From assembly GCA_028284075.1 (NCBI GenBank), contig JANQSL010000050.1, positions 5,384-69,383 on the forward strand: a stretch of DNA of 64,000 nucleotides. Reading direction: 5' to 3'. The notes under the pieces are model-generated. The model saw nothing but the letters and a program-made list of their open reading frames with translations. It was not told the origin of the DNA and did not search any database. The translations under genes and the position numbers were made by a program. This document shows positions 57,014 through 64,000 of the stretch, one piece after another; the first letter of the stretch is position 1, and every line of letters starts with the position of its first letter. The stretch comes from Candidatus Sumerlaeia bacterium. Lineage in GTDB: Bacteria; Sumerlaeota; Sumerlaeia; SLMS01; JAHLLQ01.

Positions 57014-57469
57014 TCCCGGGAGGTGGAAGACAGTACCGGAGCAACTGCAACGAAGGGCTCTCTCCCGTGCAACCGAGATTACTGTTCTTCGTCCAGGGCC
57101 GATGGGCCGACATCACACTGGTTGCCTGCGTATTTCTCCATTATCCATCCAGTTATTCACGTTCATGTGGAGTCCGGGATCCACGGGGAAAACAGGCTGC
57201 CTGACAGAACTCCCCCACGGGTTCACGGGGAAACCTGCCCGCTGTGTACAGATGCCGGCCAAAGCGAACTCCTCCTGACCGGTGGGCCGCCGGTTCTCGT
57301 CGATACCTCCGACCACCCGGTTTCTCCACCAGCAAACCGCAGAGATATCATCTCCGAACCGGAGGCGGGGAAACTCTCTGCACACGGCCCTCCTTCCTTC
57401 GTGTAACCGGAAGTTGTACAGTTCCGTTCACCAAACAACTCAACAGCTCTTCGTCCTGAAGAAGGAGAT

Positions 57470-57868
57470 TTGATCCTGCCTTATCCGCCGACTCCTCCGG
57501 CAACCGAGGTCTTTGAAACGCGCACTTCAATTGACATCACAACGCCTGTTGCGCTTATTACATTGCGCCTGAACGAGCCGTTTCCCGCAACCGACGGCGA
57601 GAATCCTCAATTCCACTATGGAACTCGCGACGACATTCTGGCGGTCGAAAATGACGATACCGAGTTCAATGAGTACGTTGAGTCGCTGCTGAACTTCAAC
57701 AACACGGCAGCGCAGTACTTCTATCTCAGCCACGGTCCGGACCTGGACCATGACGGTCCGGAACTCGCCGAAAACCCTGACGGAGTCGCGCTGTACGACC
57801 CCACAAACGGAACCGTCTCTCACGGGGATATTCTCTACCTCGGTCCCGGAATCGGATTTCCGAATTAG
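57470..57868 (+). CDS. Pseudopilin C-terminal-domain paralogue lacking the prepilin N-terminus (possible gene remnant)
   Basis: YFYLSHGPDLDHDGPE...ALYDPTNGTVSHGDILYLGPGIGF parallels the C-terminus of 55777..56451. The frame is closed by TAA at 57404, only a TTG start is available, and no FTLIE segment occurs in any upstream frame. Confidence 0.4.
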   Translation: MILPYPPTPPATEVFETRTSIDITTPVALITLRLNEPFPATDGENPQFHYGTRDDILAVENDDTEFNEYVESLLNFNNTAAQYFYLSHGPDLDHDGPELAENPDGVALYDPTNGTVSHGDILYLGPGIGFPN

Positions 57869-58548
57869 CTGTTGTCAGACGAATCTGTTGTACGCGTTCT
57901 CCCTTCGCCAGCCTGTGCGGAGGGCGCGTACAAGCCTCCTGTTTCCTCCATCCAGTTTGCAATGCTCTCCACCGCGGTGTTAACGTTATTGTCAGAAACG
58001 TCCAGGCGCAATGTCGGCAGAATGGATTCACCGACGATGTTTTCAAGAGCGTCCTGTTCACGCACAAAAACGCTGAGGTCGTCATACTGAGAGGGATTGC
58101 CGCTCACCTTGAGCCGTTCCTTCCGCGCAGAGGCGAAGGAATCCGGTGAGCGGGTCAGAAAGACCAGATGAAATCCCAGGGGCTCGAGACGCTGTTCGAG
58201 CCAGCGATAATCGTAGTCGCGGTTCGCATGAACCTTCTGCCACATGCGGCTGCTGATGTGGAAGCGATCAACAATCCATGAGTAGTAGCGCTGAAGTTCG
58301 AAAAGGCGCACCCATGTGTGCCACGTTTCCATGGCGAGCGCCTCCTCCTCCGGCGCGAAATTGATCAGACCTCTCCCCCACGGGGTATTCGTGAAACCAC
58401 ACCATTCGCCGCTGATGACAGGCGAGTGATAGCGATACTTGCGCACACCGACAAGACGGGGGTGCTCGTTGAGGGCAAAAGCGGTTTCCGTCTTGAAGGT
58501 CAGACGTGTTCCCTCAAGGATAATCTTCGGGCAGAGTTTGGGAGACAT
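57865..58548 (-). CDS. Hypothetical protein, possibly P-loop-kinase-like fold with degenerate Walker A
   Basis: KIILEGTRLTFKTETAF sits where IxLEGxxGxGKT would be in nucleoside/nucleotide kinases. Otherwise uncharacterised. Confidence 0.5.
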   Translation of the reverse strand: MSPKLCPKIILEGTRLTFKTETAFALNEHPRLVGVRKYRYHSPVISGEWCGFTNTPWGRGLINFAPEEEALAMETWHTWVRLFELQRYYSWIVDRFHISSRMWQKVHANRDYDYRWLEQRLEPLGFHLVFLTRSPDSFASARKERLKVSGNPSQYDDLSVFVREQDALENIVGESILPTLRLDVSDNNVNTAVESIANWMEETGGLYAPSAQAGEGRTRTTDSSDNS

Positions 58549-58902
58549 GGCAAACCGGTTGGGGAGGATGTGTCATGGCTTGCTGACAGAAAATGACTCC
58601 GGCGCAAACCACGAAATGACAAGGCATCCGGAAAGAACGATAAAACTTTAGCAGGTGAAAACCATCGGTGTGCTATTCCCGTCAACGGATCGCCATCAAA
58701 AAACTCTCGCCGGATTCCAGCCTGGTGATCCGGAATGTGTCAGATACTTCCACGTGGAACCAACTGGCACGAATAACGTTTCACCGGCACTCAGAAAAGA
58801 GGGCGCAGCGGCTGCGAACGACAGCAGGCCTGCCAACCGTCTGCAAAAGGACTGTTTTCCCGTGGTTGTTCGCGAGCGGGACGGAGCAAATGGAGTAGAC
58901 CC

Positions 58903-59433
58903 TTGCAAAGCAAAGAACCTCCGAAGAGCTCATCCGTCGACCGTACGGCGCCCCGTATAAACAACAACCTTCTGTCAGGTGTCTCCCGCTGGTGGCCTCC
59001 CAAGGTCCTGGTCAGTCTCGGAATGGTGGCATACGCGGCATGGGCAATGTCGGCAGGGCCCCTGACACGGGTCTTTCTGCAAATTCCAATGGGTGTCGGT
59101 TCCATGCTTATCGCGGGAGGCGCAGCCATTCATCTGTGGCACTATCGCATTCTCAAAGCGGAGGCCGGAGAACTGGGGATGCCGGAGTCTCTGGTTACAT
59201 CCCGGGGTCTCTTTTCTCGCGTAAGACATCCCATGTATCTCGGAGATACCGTCATGTGCCTCGGGGCGTTACTGGCGGCGGGAGACCTCCTTGCCCTCGC
59301 TCTGTTTGCGGCTTTCGGAGGGATCATCGTCCCGCTGTGTCGCGACGAGGATCGAATGATGAAGCAAGCTTTCGGGGAGAAGTTCGATCGCTGGCGGGAA
59401 AAAACAGGTGCAGTTTTCCCGAAAGTTCGATGA
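58903..59433 (+). CDS. Isoprenylcysteine carboxyl methyltransferase (ICMT)/phospholipid methyltransferase family membrane protein
   Basis: LVTSRGLFSRVRHPMYLGDTVMCLG...EDRMMKQAFGEKFDRW is characteristic of the ICMT/PEMT family. Start is uncertain (TTG 58903 or ATG 59023). Confidence 0.7.
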   Translation: MQSKEPPKSSSVDRTAPRINNNLLSGVSRWWPPKVLVSLGMVAYAAWAMSAGPLTRVFLQIPMGVGSMLIAGGAAIHLWHYRILKAEAGELGMPESLVTSRGLFSRVRHPMYLGDTVMCLGALLAAGDLLALALFAAFGGIIVPLCRDEDRMMKQAFGEKFDRWREKTGAVFPKVR

Positions 59434-59522
59434 GTGTCCGATATCGACAATATAATCAGCTTGAAAAAACGCCGTCGATGAGACAGGTGCTGTGGCCACC
59501 GAGAAAAAAGGAGGTGTTTGCC

Positions 59523-59774
59523 ATGACAAACAATGCCTCGGAACTCAGACAGAGCGTCGACCTGATGCGGTCAGTGGCGAAAACGGCTCTGCGCGAGATT
59601 CGAAAGACCTCCGATAGCGCCAGGGTTCGGCGTTTGGCCCTGCTGGGGTTTGCGGAAATTGAAGCTGAGGCACAGCGTCTGGAATCACGTGAAGTGTCGA
59701 GGCCGCCGGGTGCGAAGGAATCCGGCCGTCAAAGTACTGAAGAGTCCGTTAAGCTCGCGTTTTCAGGCATCTAG
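59523..59774 (+). CDS. Hypothetical small helical protein (83 aa)
   Basis: ATG 59523 preceded by AAAAAGGAGGTG. The track shows it as the 3' part of a longer spurious ORF. Confidence 0.5.
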   Translation: MTNNASELRQSVDLMRSVAKTALREIRKTSDSARVRRLALLGFAEIEAEAQRLESREVSRPPGAKESGRQSTEESVKLAFSGI

Positions 59775-59917
59775 ACGCCTTTGAGTTGAAACCAACCGCT
59801 GCCGCGACAGGCATTGACACAAGGGCGTCGTGGCGAAGATGTTTCGAACAGCTTGGCTGAGACAATGCCGCAAAGGTGCCATTCGTTTTGTGGCGCCTTT
59901 GTTGTGCAGGATGTGGT

Positions 59918-60712
59918 ATGGATCAGGTTCAGGACTACTACAGGCTTCTCGGTGTGTCCAGAGATGCGCCGGAACGCGAAATCAAGCGTGTCTACTACGA
60001 TCTGGCGCGCAAGCTGCACCCTGACAAGGCGCAGTCTCAGGATGAAGCGTCAAAGAACGCAAGTGACCTCGCCGTCATTTCCCAGGCCTATAATACTCTG
60101 AAGGATAAAAAGAAGCGGGCGGAGTATGACTCCATTCTGCGGAGCAAAGGTGGCGCCGCGCCTGCCGCCGCACCTCAGCCCCCTCCGGCGGCGGCTCCGG
60201 TAGTGGCCGGCGACGCCGGGAACACGGATAGCGGAGGTGATATTCCGGAAAGTCAGATGGTCAGATCCCGCAACGTCGATGTTGTTGCGCAAAAGAAGTC
60301 GATGGCCCAGAAGGCATTCGTTCGTGGAATGCAAATGTTCAAAACCGGCGAGTATCAAAAGGCGCTGAGTTTCTTTGAAGTTGCCGTTCAAAACGACCCG
60401 GAGGGAGAGGCCCAGTATCACGTCAAACACGCTCAGTGCATCATGAAGTCGAAGGGCAGCTTCACGAAGGCGGTACAGTCCGCCGAGAAAGCCTGCCAAA
60501 TGGAACCCTTCAATGTGGAGTTCAAACTGGTCCTGGGTCATGTTTACGAAACGGCGGGCGTTGTCAGCAAAGCAAAGGAAATCTACGAGGACGTGATCCG
60601 CTGGGACGCAACGAACGAGCAGGCGAAGTTGAGGCTGACGATGCTGGGCGGGGCGGGTGGCAAAACGGGAAGCCTGATGGACAAGTTGAACGGGCTCTTC
60701 AAAAAGAAATAA
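59918..60712 (+). CDS. J-domain protein with C-terminal TPR repeats (no Zn-finger or DnaJ C-terminal domain)
   Basis: DYYRLLGVSRDAPEREIKRVYYDLARKLHPDK with the HPD motif, a Pro/Ala linker, then TPR-like helices (FKTGEYQKALSFFEVAVQNDP...). Confidence 0.8.
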   Translation: MDQVQDYYRLLGVSRDAPEREIKRVYYDLARKLHPDKAQSQDEASKNASDLAVISQAYNTLKDKKKRAEYDSILRSKGGAAPAAAPQPPPAAAPVVAGDAGNTDSGGDIPESQMVRSRNVDVVAQKKSMAQKAFVRGMQMFKTGEYQKALSFFEVAVQNDPEGEAQYHVKHAQCIMKSKGSFTKAVQSAEKACQMEPFNVEFKLVLGHVYETAGVVSKAKEIYEDVIRWDATNEQAKLRLTMLGGAGGKTGSLMDKLNGLFKKK

Positions 60713-60746
60713 CTGATCCTAGCTCTCTCACGGCAAAACAACTCTC

Positions 60747-62918
60747 ATGGCACGAACTATCGGGATCGATCTTGGAACCACAAACTCCGTCGTCTCTTTC
60801 ATCGACGGAACGAGAGTCGAGATCGTTCCCAATCCCGAAGGCTCTCCACTCACGCCCTCCGTCGTGTATTACAAGAGTGGTGAGGACATTGTCGTCGGCG
60901 AAGTCGCCAGACGCCAGCTCGTCACAAGCCCGAAACGTGTTATTCGGTCCGTCAAGCGCATCATGGGGAAGCGCTTCGAGGATCTGACGGAAGACGATCT
61001 GGAAGAACTGCCCTACACCTCAACGCAACTTGAGGATGGAATGGCGGGCGTTCTGATTGAAGAGGACATTCGTCTTCGGCCGGAGGAAGTGTCGGCGGAC
61101 ATTCTCGACAAGTTGCGCGCATACGCTGAGGACTTCATCGGTGACGAAGTGACGGAAGCGGTCATTACCGTTCCGGCGCACTTCAACGACCAGCAGAGAA
61201 CGGCGACCAAGTCCGCCGCGGAGATGGCCGGCCTGGATGTTCAGCGTATTGTCAATGAACCCACGGCGGCTGCACTCGCATACGGGTTTGGTGGAGAACA
61301 CTCGGGATGCATTGCCGTTTTCGACTTTGGCGGCGGCACATTTGATGTCTCGGTTCTCGACATTCAGGGCGATGTCTTCGAGGTCCTTTCCACGAACGGC
61401 GACAACAAGCTCGGGGGAGACGATGTCGACCAACGGTTGTTTCAGGAAATTTGCGATCATATTGTAACGGAAAAGGGAATTGATCCCACCGGAGATTCGG
61501 CAGCGGTTCAGCGAATTCGTGAGGCCGCGGAAAAGGCAAAGTGCGAGCTTTCCAATGTAAACTCCACAACAATCTCGCTGCCGTTCATCGTCGCCGACGA
61601 GCGAGGACCGCAGCATCTGGAAATGGAGGTCAAACGGGCGGAGTTCAACGAGATGATGGAGCCGATATTTGAACGACTCATTGAGCCGTGTCGCCGGGCG
61701 CTGGAGGACTCAGGCCGAACCGTTCAGGAAATCAGCGAAGTCATCCTTGTGGGAGGCTCCACCCGCATTCCCCGGGTGCATGAAATCGTGTCGGAGTTCT
61801 TCGGACGCGAACCAAACAGATCCGTGAATCCTGACGAGGCGGTTTCCGCCGGCGCGGCAATCCAAAGCGCCGTGATTACCGGTGCGCTCAGGGAAGTCCT
61901 GCTCCTCGACGTCACTCCGCTCACTCTGGGAATCGAACTGGCGGGAGGAGTGTTCAAATCTCTCATCGAGCGCAATTCCACGATTCCCTGCGAAGCCAGC
62001 GACAAGTTCACGACAGTGGTGGATAATCAAACCACGGTTTTGGTGCATGTTCTCCAGGGAGAGCGAAAAAAAGCGGTGGAGAACCATTCTCTTGCTCGTT
62101 TCCGGCTGACAGGGGTTCCGCCTGCACCAAAAGAACTTCCGGAAATCGAGGTGCATTTTCAGATCGACGCAAACGGGATTCTTTCCGTTAGTGCACTCGA
62201 TCTTACAACCGGGACACAGACAGGGGTCGTGGTTGAAAACTACGGTGAAATCGGTTCACGGCGCGGTGAGATTCAACGCCTGTTGCAAAGCGCCGAATCC
62301 GCGCTGGATGAGGACGAGGCGTTTGTTCGATTCTCCCAGCGACGCTCAAAGGCGGAACGTCTTCAGGCACGCGCCAACTCCATAATCGAAGCGGCCGCGG
62401 ACGTAATGGAAGAGGAACATCTCAAGTCGCTGAAGGAAAACATGCTCAGGCTGGATCTTGCGATGGAGGCCATGGACGAGGCGCGCATGTCGACAATTGA
62501 GGATGCAATCGAGACGATTGTGATCGACTATGAGCGGAACGCCGACATTCAGAGAGCTCTGAACTCGACTCTGGGGGGAGATCTGGATTACTCAACGGAA
62601 TCCAATACGGCGATCCGCATCCCCACCGACACACACTTCGAAGAGCAGGATCTCCCCGACGATTTCAGGTCGCGAGCAATCGAGGGCGGACCGCGGCGGC
62701 CAGGCCCCGTTGCCACACCGGCCCCGGAAGCGCCACCTGCCCGAGTCTCTTCAAAGGACGTCCAGAAACAAGGCAACGCGTTTGACGAACCGGATGTTCC
62801 GGCGGAAGAACCCTCTGAGTCTCACAGTATGCCGATTCCCTCGCGCTTTCGATCGGACACCGAAACTCAGGAAGTGGATTTTGACCCCTCGGAGATTCCG
62901 CCACCTCCGCCGACCTGA
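60747..62918 (+). CDS. Hsp70-family chaperone (DnaK paralogue) with long acidic/Pro-rich C-terminal tail
   Basis: IGIDLGTTNS, DFGGGTFDVS, VGGSTRIP, and an LLLDVTPLTLGIE linker. 723 aa. The tail contains ...ETQEVDFDPSEIPPPPPT. Confidence 0.9.
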   Translation: MARTIGIDLGTTNSVVSFIDGTRVEIVPNPEGSPLTPSVVYYKSGEDIVVGEVARRQLVTSPKRVIRSVKRIMGKRFEDLTEDDLEELPYTSTQLEDGMAGVLIEEDIRLRPEEVSADILDKLRAYAEDFIGDEVTEAVITVPAHFNDQQRTATKSAAEMAGLDVQRIVNEPTAAALAYGFGGEHSGCIAVFDFGGGTFDVSVLDIQGDVFEVLSTNGDNKLGGDDVDQRLFQEICDHIVTEKGIDPTGDSAAVQRIREAAEKAKCELSNVNSTTISLPFIVADERGPQHLEMEVKRAEFNEMMEPIFERLIEPCRRALEDSGRTVQEISEVILVGGSTRIPRVHEIVSEFFGREPNRSVNPDEAVSAGAAIQSAVITGALREVLLLDVTPLTLGIELAGGVFKSLIERNSTIPCEASDKFTTVVDNQTTVLVHVLQGERKKAVENHSLARFRLTGVPPAPKELPEIEVHFQIDANGILSVSALDLTTGTQTGVVVENYGEIGSRRGEIQRLLQSAESALDEDEAFVRFSQRRSKAERLQARANSIIEAAADVMEEEHLKSLKENMLRLDLAMEAMDEARMSTIEDAIETIVIDYERNADIQRALNSTLGGDLDYSTESNTAIRIPTDTHFEEQDLPDDFRSRAIEGGPRRPGPVATPAPEAPPARVSSKDVQKQGNAFDEPDVPAEEPSESHSMPIPSRFRSDTETQEVDFDPSEIPPPPPT

Positions 62919-62922
62919 TTTG

Positions 62923-63345
62923 TCAGGTCACTTTCTCGAACACTTCAAAACACCTGTAATCAAACTCACGGGCGGCTTTCTGCTGATCGGGGTCACCCCA
63001 GAATGTTTTGTAGCCGACCTCGCCGGCTTTCCACGCACAGTCCCAAACAAAACGGTAGGTGGCCTCGCCGTCGGGGGTTTCAACTGCCATGGTCCCTCGA
63101 AAATCAGAGCAACCGGATCTTCCTTCAAGACTTACGGATTGAACCACAAGGTCGGGATGAGTTTCCAGGAGCTGGCAGAGCGCCCGGCGAACCTTGACAG
63201 GAGGTGATCCGGCATTGAAACGAATTGCCGGGCCAGGCTTCCCTCCCCTCGCAAGCTGCCTGAGGGCATCTGAGAACTCTTGTGCGGCGGACGAGGCATC
63301 AAGCAACTCGTCAAGGGTCGGAAGAGTTTGGGAGGAACTCGCCAT
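62923..63345 (-). CDS. Hypothetical protein (140 aa)
   Basis: ATG 63345 chosen because a terminator-like hairpin lies at 63407-63446, inside the longer track ORF. No motif recognised. Confidence 0.45.
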   Translation of the reverse strand: MASSSQTLPTLDELLDASSAAQEFSDALRQLARGGKPGPAIRFNAGSPPVKVRRALCQLLETHPDLVVQSVSLEGRSGCSDFRGTMAVETPDGEATYRFVWDCAWKAGEVGYKTFWGDPDQQKAAREFDYRCFEVFEKVT

Positions 63346-63406
63346 TGAACGTTTTCCGTCGGTGAAATAGGTGGTCTGATCACTTGCAAGTCGTTTGCCA
63401 AAAGAA

Positions 63407-63446
63407 GACGGGCCGGCCTCTCGAAGACCGGCCCGTCCGTTTTTTC
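63407..63446. terminator. Bidirectional-looking terminator hairpin
   Basis: 10-bp stem GACGGGCCGG/CCGGCCCGTC. The plus strand continues CGTTTTTTCC and the minus strand continues TCTTCTTTTGG. Lies about 20 nt after the stop of the Ala-rich gene. Confidence 0.55.
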
Positions 63447-63457
63447 CCAAGGTGTGG

Positions 63458-64000
63458 CTAGTAAATAGCCACTTCGTTTCTCTTGATCGGCGACTCGAGT
63501 GCCTGAGTCGGAGGAGGTCCGGTGAAGAGATTCACCGCAGTCGCATCCGCGGATTCGTAAATGTCCTTCACAGAAAAACTGAATCCGTCGATTGCCTCTG
63601 TCTCAAAAACCAGGGTGACCGCAAATTCCGCATCCACGGGGCGGTGAAAAACCTTGCACAGAGCAAGAGTCGCTGTGGCATGGGCCTCGGCCCATGCAGC
63701 TGCAAAGGCGATCGCTTCAGCAAATGCAATGGCGCTGGCGCTGGCGGCGGCGGCCGCAGTCACGTCCGCAATGGCGCTGGCGAGCGCACTGGCTGATGCC
63801 TGGGCACTCGCATAGGACGCTGTGAATGCCGTGGCGTAAGCACCCGCCGCGGCAACGGCGACAGCGATGGCATCGGCCTCGGCAGTTGCTCCGGCCATGC
63901 TGGCCACCATGGCAACGGCACTGAGATGGGCTTCAAGGGTCGCGACAAGCGAGAGGTAGGTCGATAACTCCAAATCAATCCTTGCTCCTGCACTGGCAGA
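63458..64000 (-). CDS. Alanine-rich protein with about 90-aa (Ala-X)n tract and small globular C-terminal domain; probably 5'-truncated by window edge
   Basis: The frame stays open to base 64000, and the track start (63973) is only a TTG. Sequence ...ASASALASAIADVTAAAAASASAIAFAEAIAFAAAWAEAHATATLA... then HRPVDAEFAVTLVFETEAIDGFSFSVKDIY... Confidence 0.5.
   Translation of the reverse strand, partial: SASAGARIDLELSTYLSLVATLEAHLSAVAMVASMAGATAEADAIAVAVAAAGAYATAFTASYASAQASASALASAIADVTAAAAASASAIAFAEAIAFAAAWAEAHATATLALCKVFHRPVDAEFAVTLVFETEAIDGFSFSVKDIYESADATAVNLFTGPPPTQALESPIKRNEVAIY

Noticed and set aside
57014-57469. A 456-bp gap with no clean ORF next to fur. The minus-strand ORF 57113..57385 ends in ...LHMNVNNWMDNGEI, vaguely like the H-X9-DG motif of PVC-type pseudopilins, suggesting a decayed gene.
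   Set aside because: The motif spacing is off, no N-terminal prepilin segment is found, and the ORF is short and Arg/Gly-rich. This is too weak to call a pseudogene without a homology search.
56370-57850. Similarity between the 3' ends of the two pseudopilin genes, considered as a diversity-generating retroelement TR/VR pair.
   Set aside because: Differences are spread over all bases rather than adenine-specific. No reverse transcriptase or accessory gene is present. Ordinary paralogy explains it.
1-64000. Looked for mobile elements, prophage or defence-island signatures (transposases, integrases, restriction-modification, toxin-antitoxin pairs, STAND/NTPase genes, tRNA integration sites).
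   Set aside because: None of the translated ORFs shows such motifs, and no tRNA gene or flanking long direct repeats were seen. The window reads as core chromosome.

Overview
GC-rich bacterial chromosomal window, densely coding and made mostly of housekeeping and envelope genes. I saw no transposase, integrase, phage gene, CRISPR array, rRNA or tRNA. All family calls come from reading motifs in the supplied translations; no database search or RNA model was run.

Main content:
- **Respiratory operon (30316-45971, minus strand).** About 15.6 kb and 14 tightly coupled genes. It encodes Alternative Complex III (actABCDEF), a free dihaem cytochrome c, an aa3-type cytochrome c oxidase (ctaC, ctaD, ctaE) and haem A/copper assembly genes (ctaA, ctaB, ctaG). 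A perfect TGTGA-N6-TCACA palindrome lies upstream.
- **Giant secreted protein (1506-7763).** 2085 aa, with Calx-beta, FG-GAP, LamG, GH43 and discoidin modules.
- **Envelope and polysaccharide genes.** Wzt-like ABC ATPase, GT9 heptosyltransferase, nucleotide-sugar dehydrogenase and epimerase, and a membrane GT-like protein.
- **Housekeeping genes.** hisF, pdxA-rsmA, leuA, nhaC, an MFS transporter and a DinB-family protein.
- **Pseudopilin paralogue cluster with a Fur-family regulator (52.1-58.5 kb).**
- **J-domain/TPR protein plus atypical Hsp70 pair.**

Most notable non-obvious signals:
1. A complete Leu-specific (CUG) T-box leader with terminator/antiterminator upstream of leuA.
2. A near-consensus Fur box (16 of 19) between a pseudopilin gene and a divergent secreted protein, next to a fur homologue.
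3. An 80-90 bp direct repeat exactly 810 bp apart, flanking a small SnoaL-like gene. It carries a 9-bp tandem unit and a long palindrome.
4. A GH43 propeller that appears split by inserted discoidin-like domains.
5. An alanine-rich (A-X)n protein at the window edge.
6. A CarD/CdnL homologue with an extreme poly-acidic tail.

Pseudopilin style and ACIII content suggest a PVC-like or related uncultured lineage, but that is inference only.
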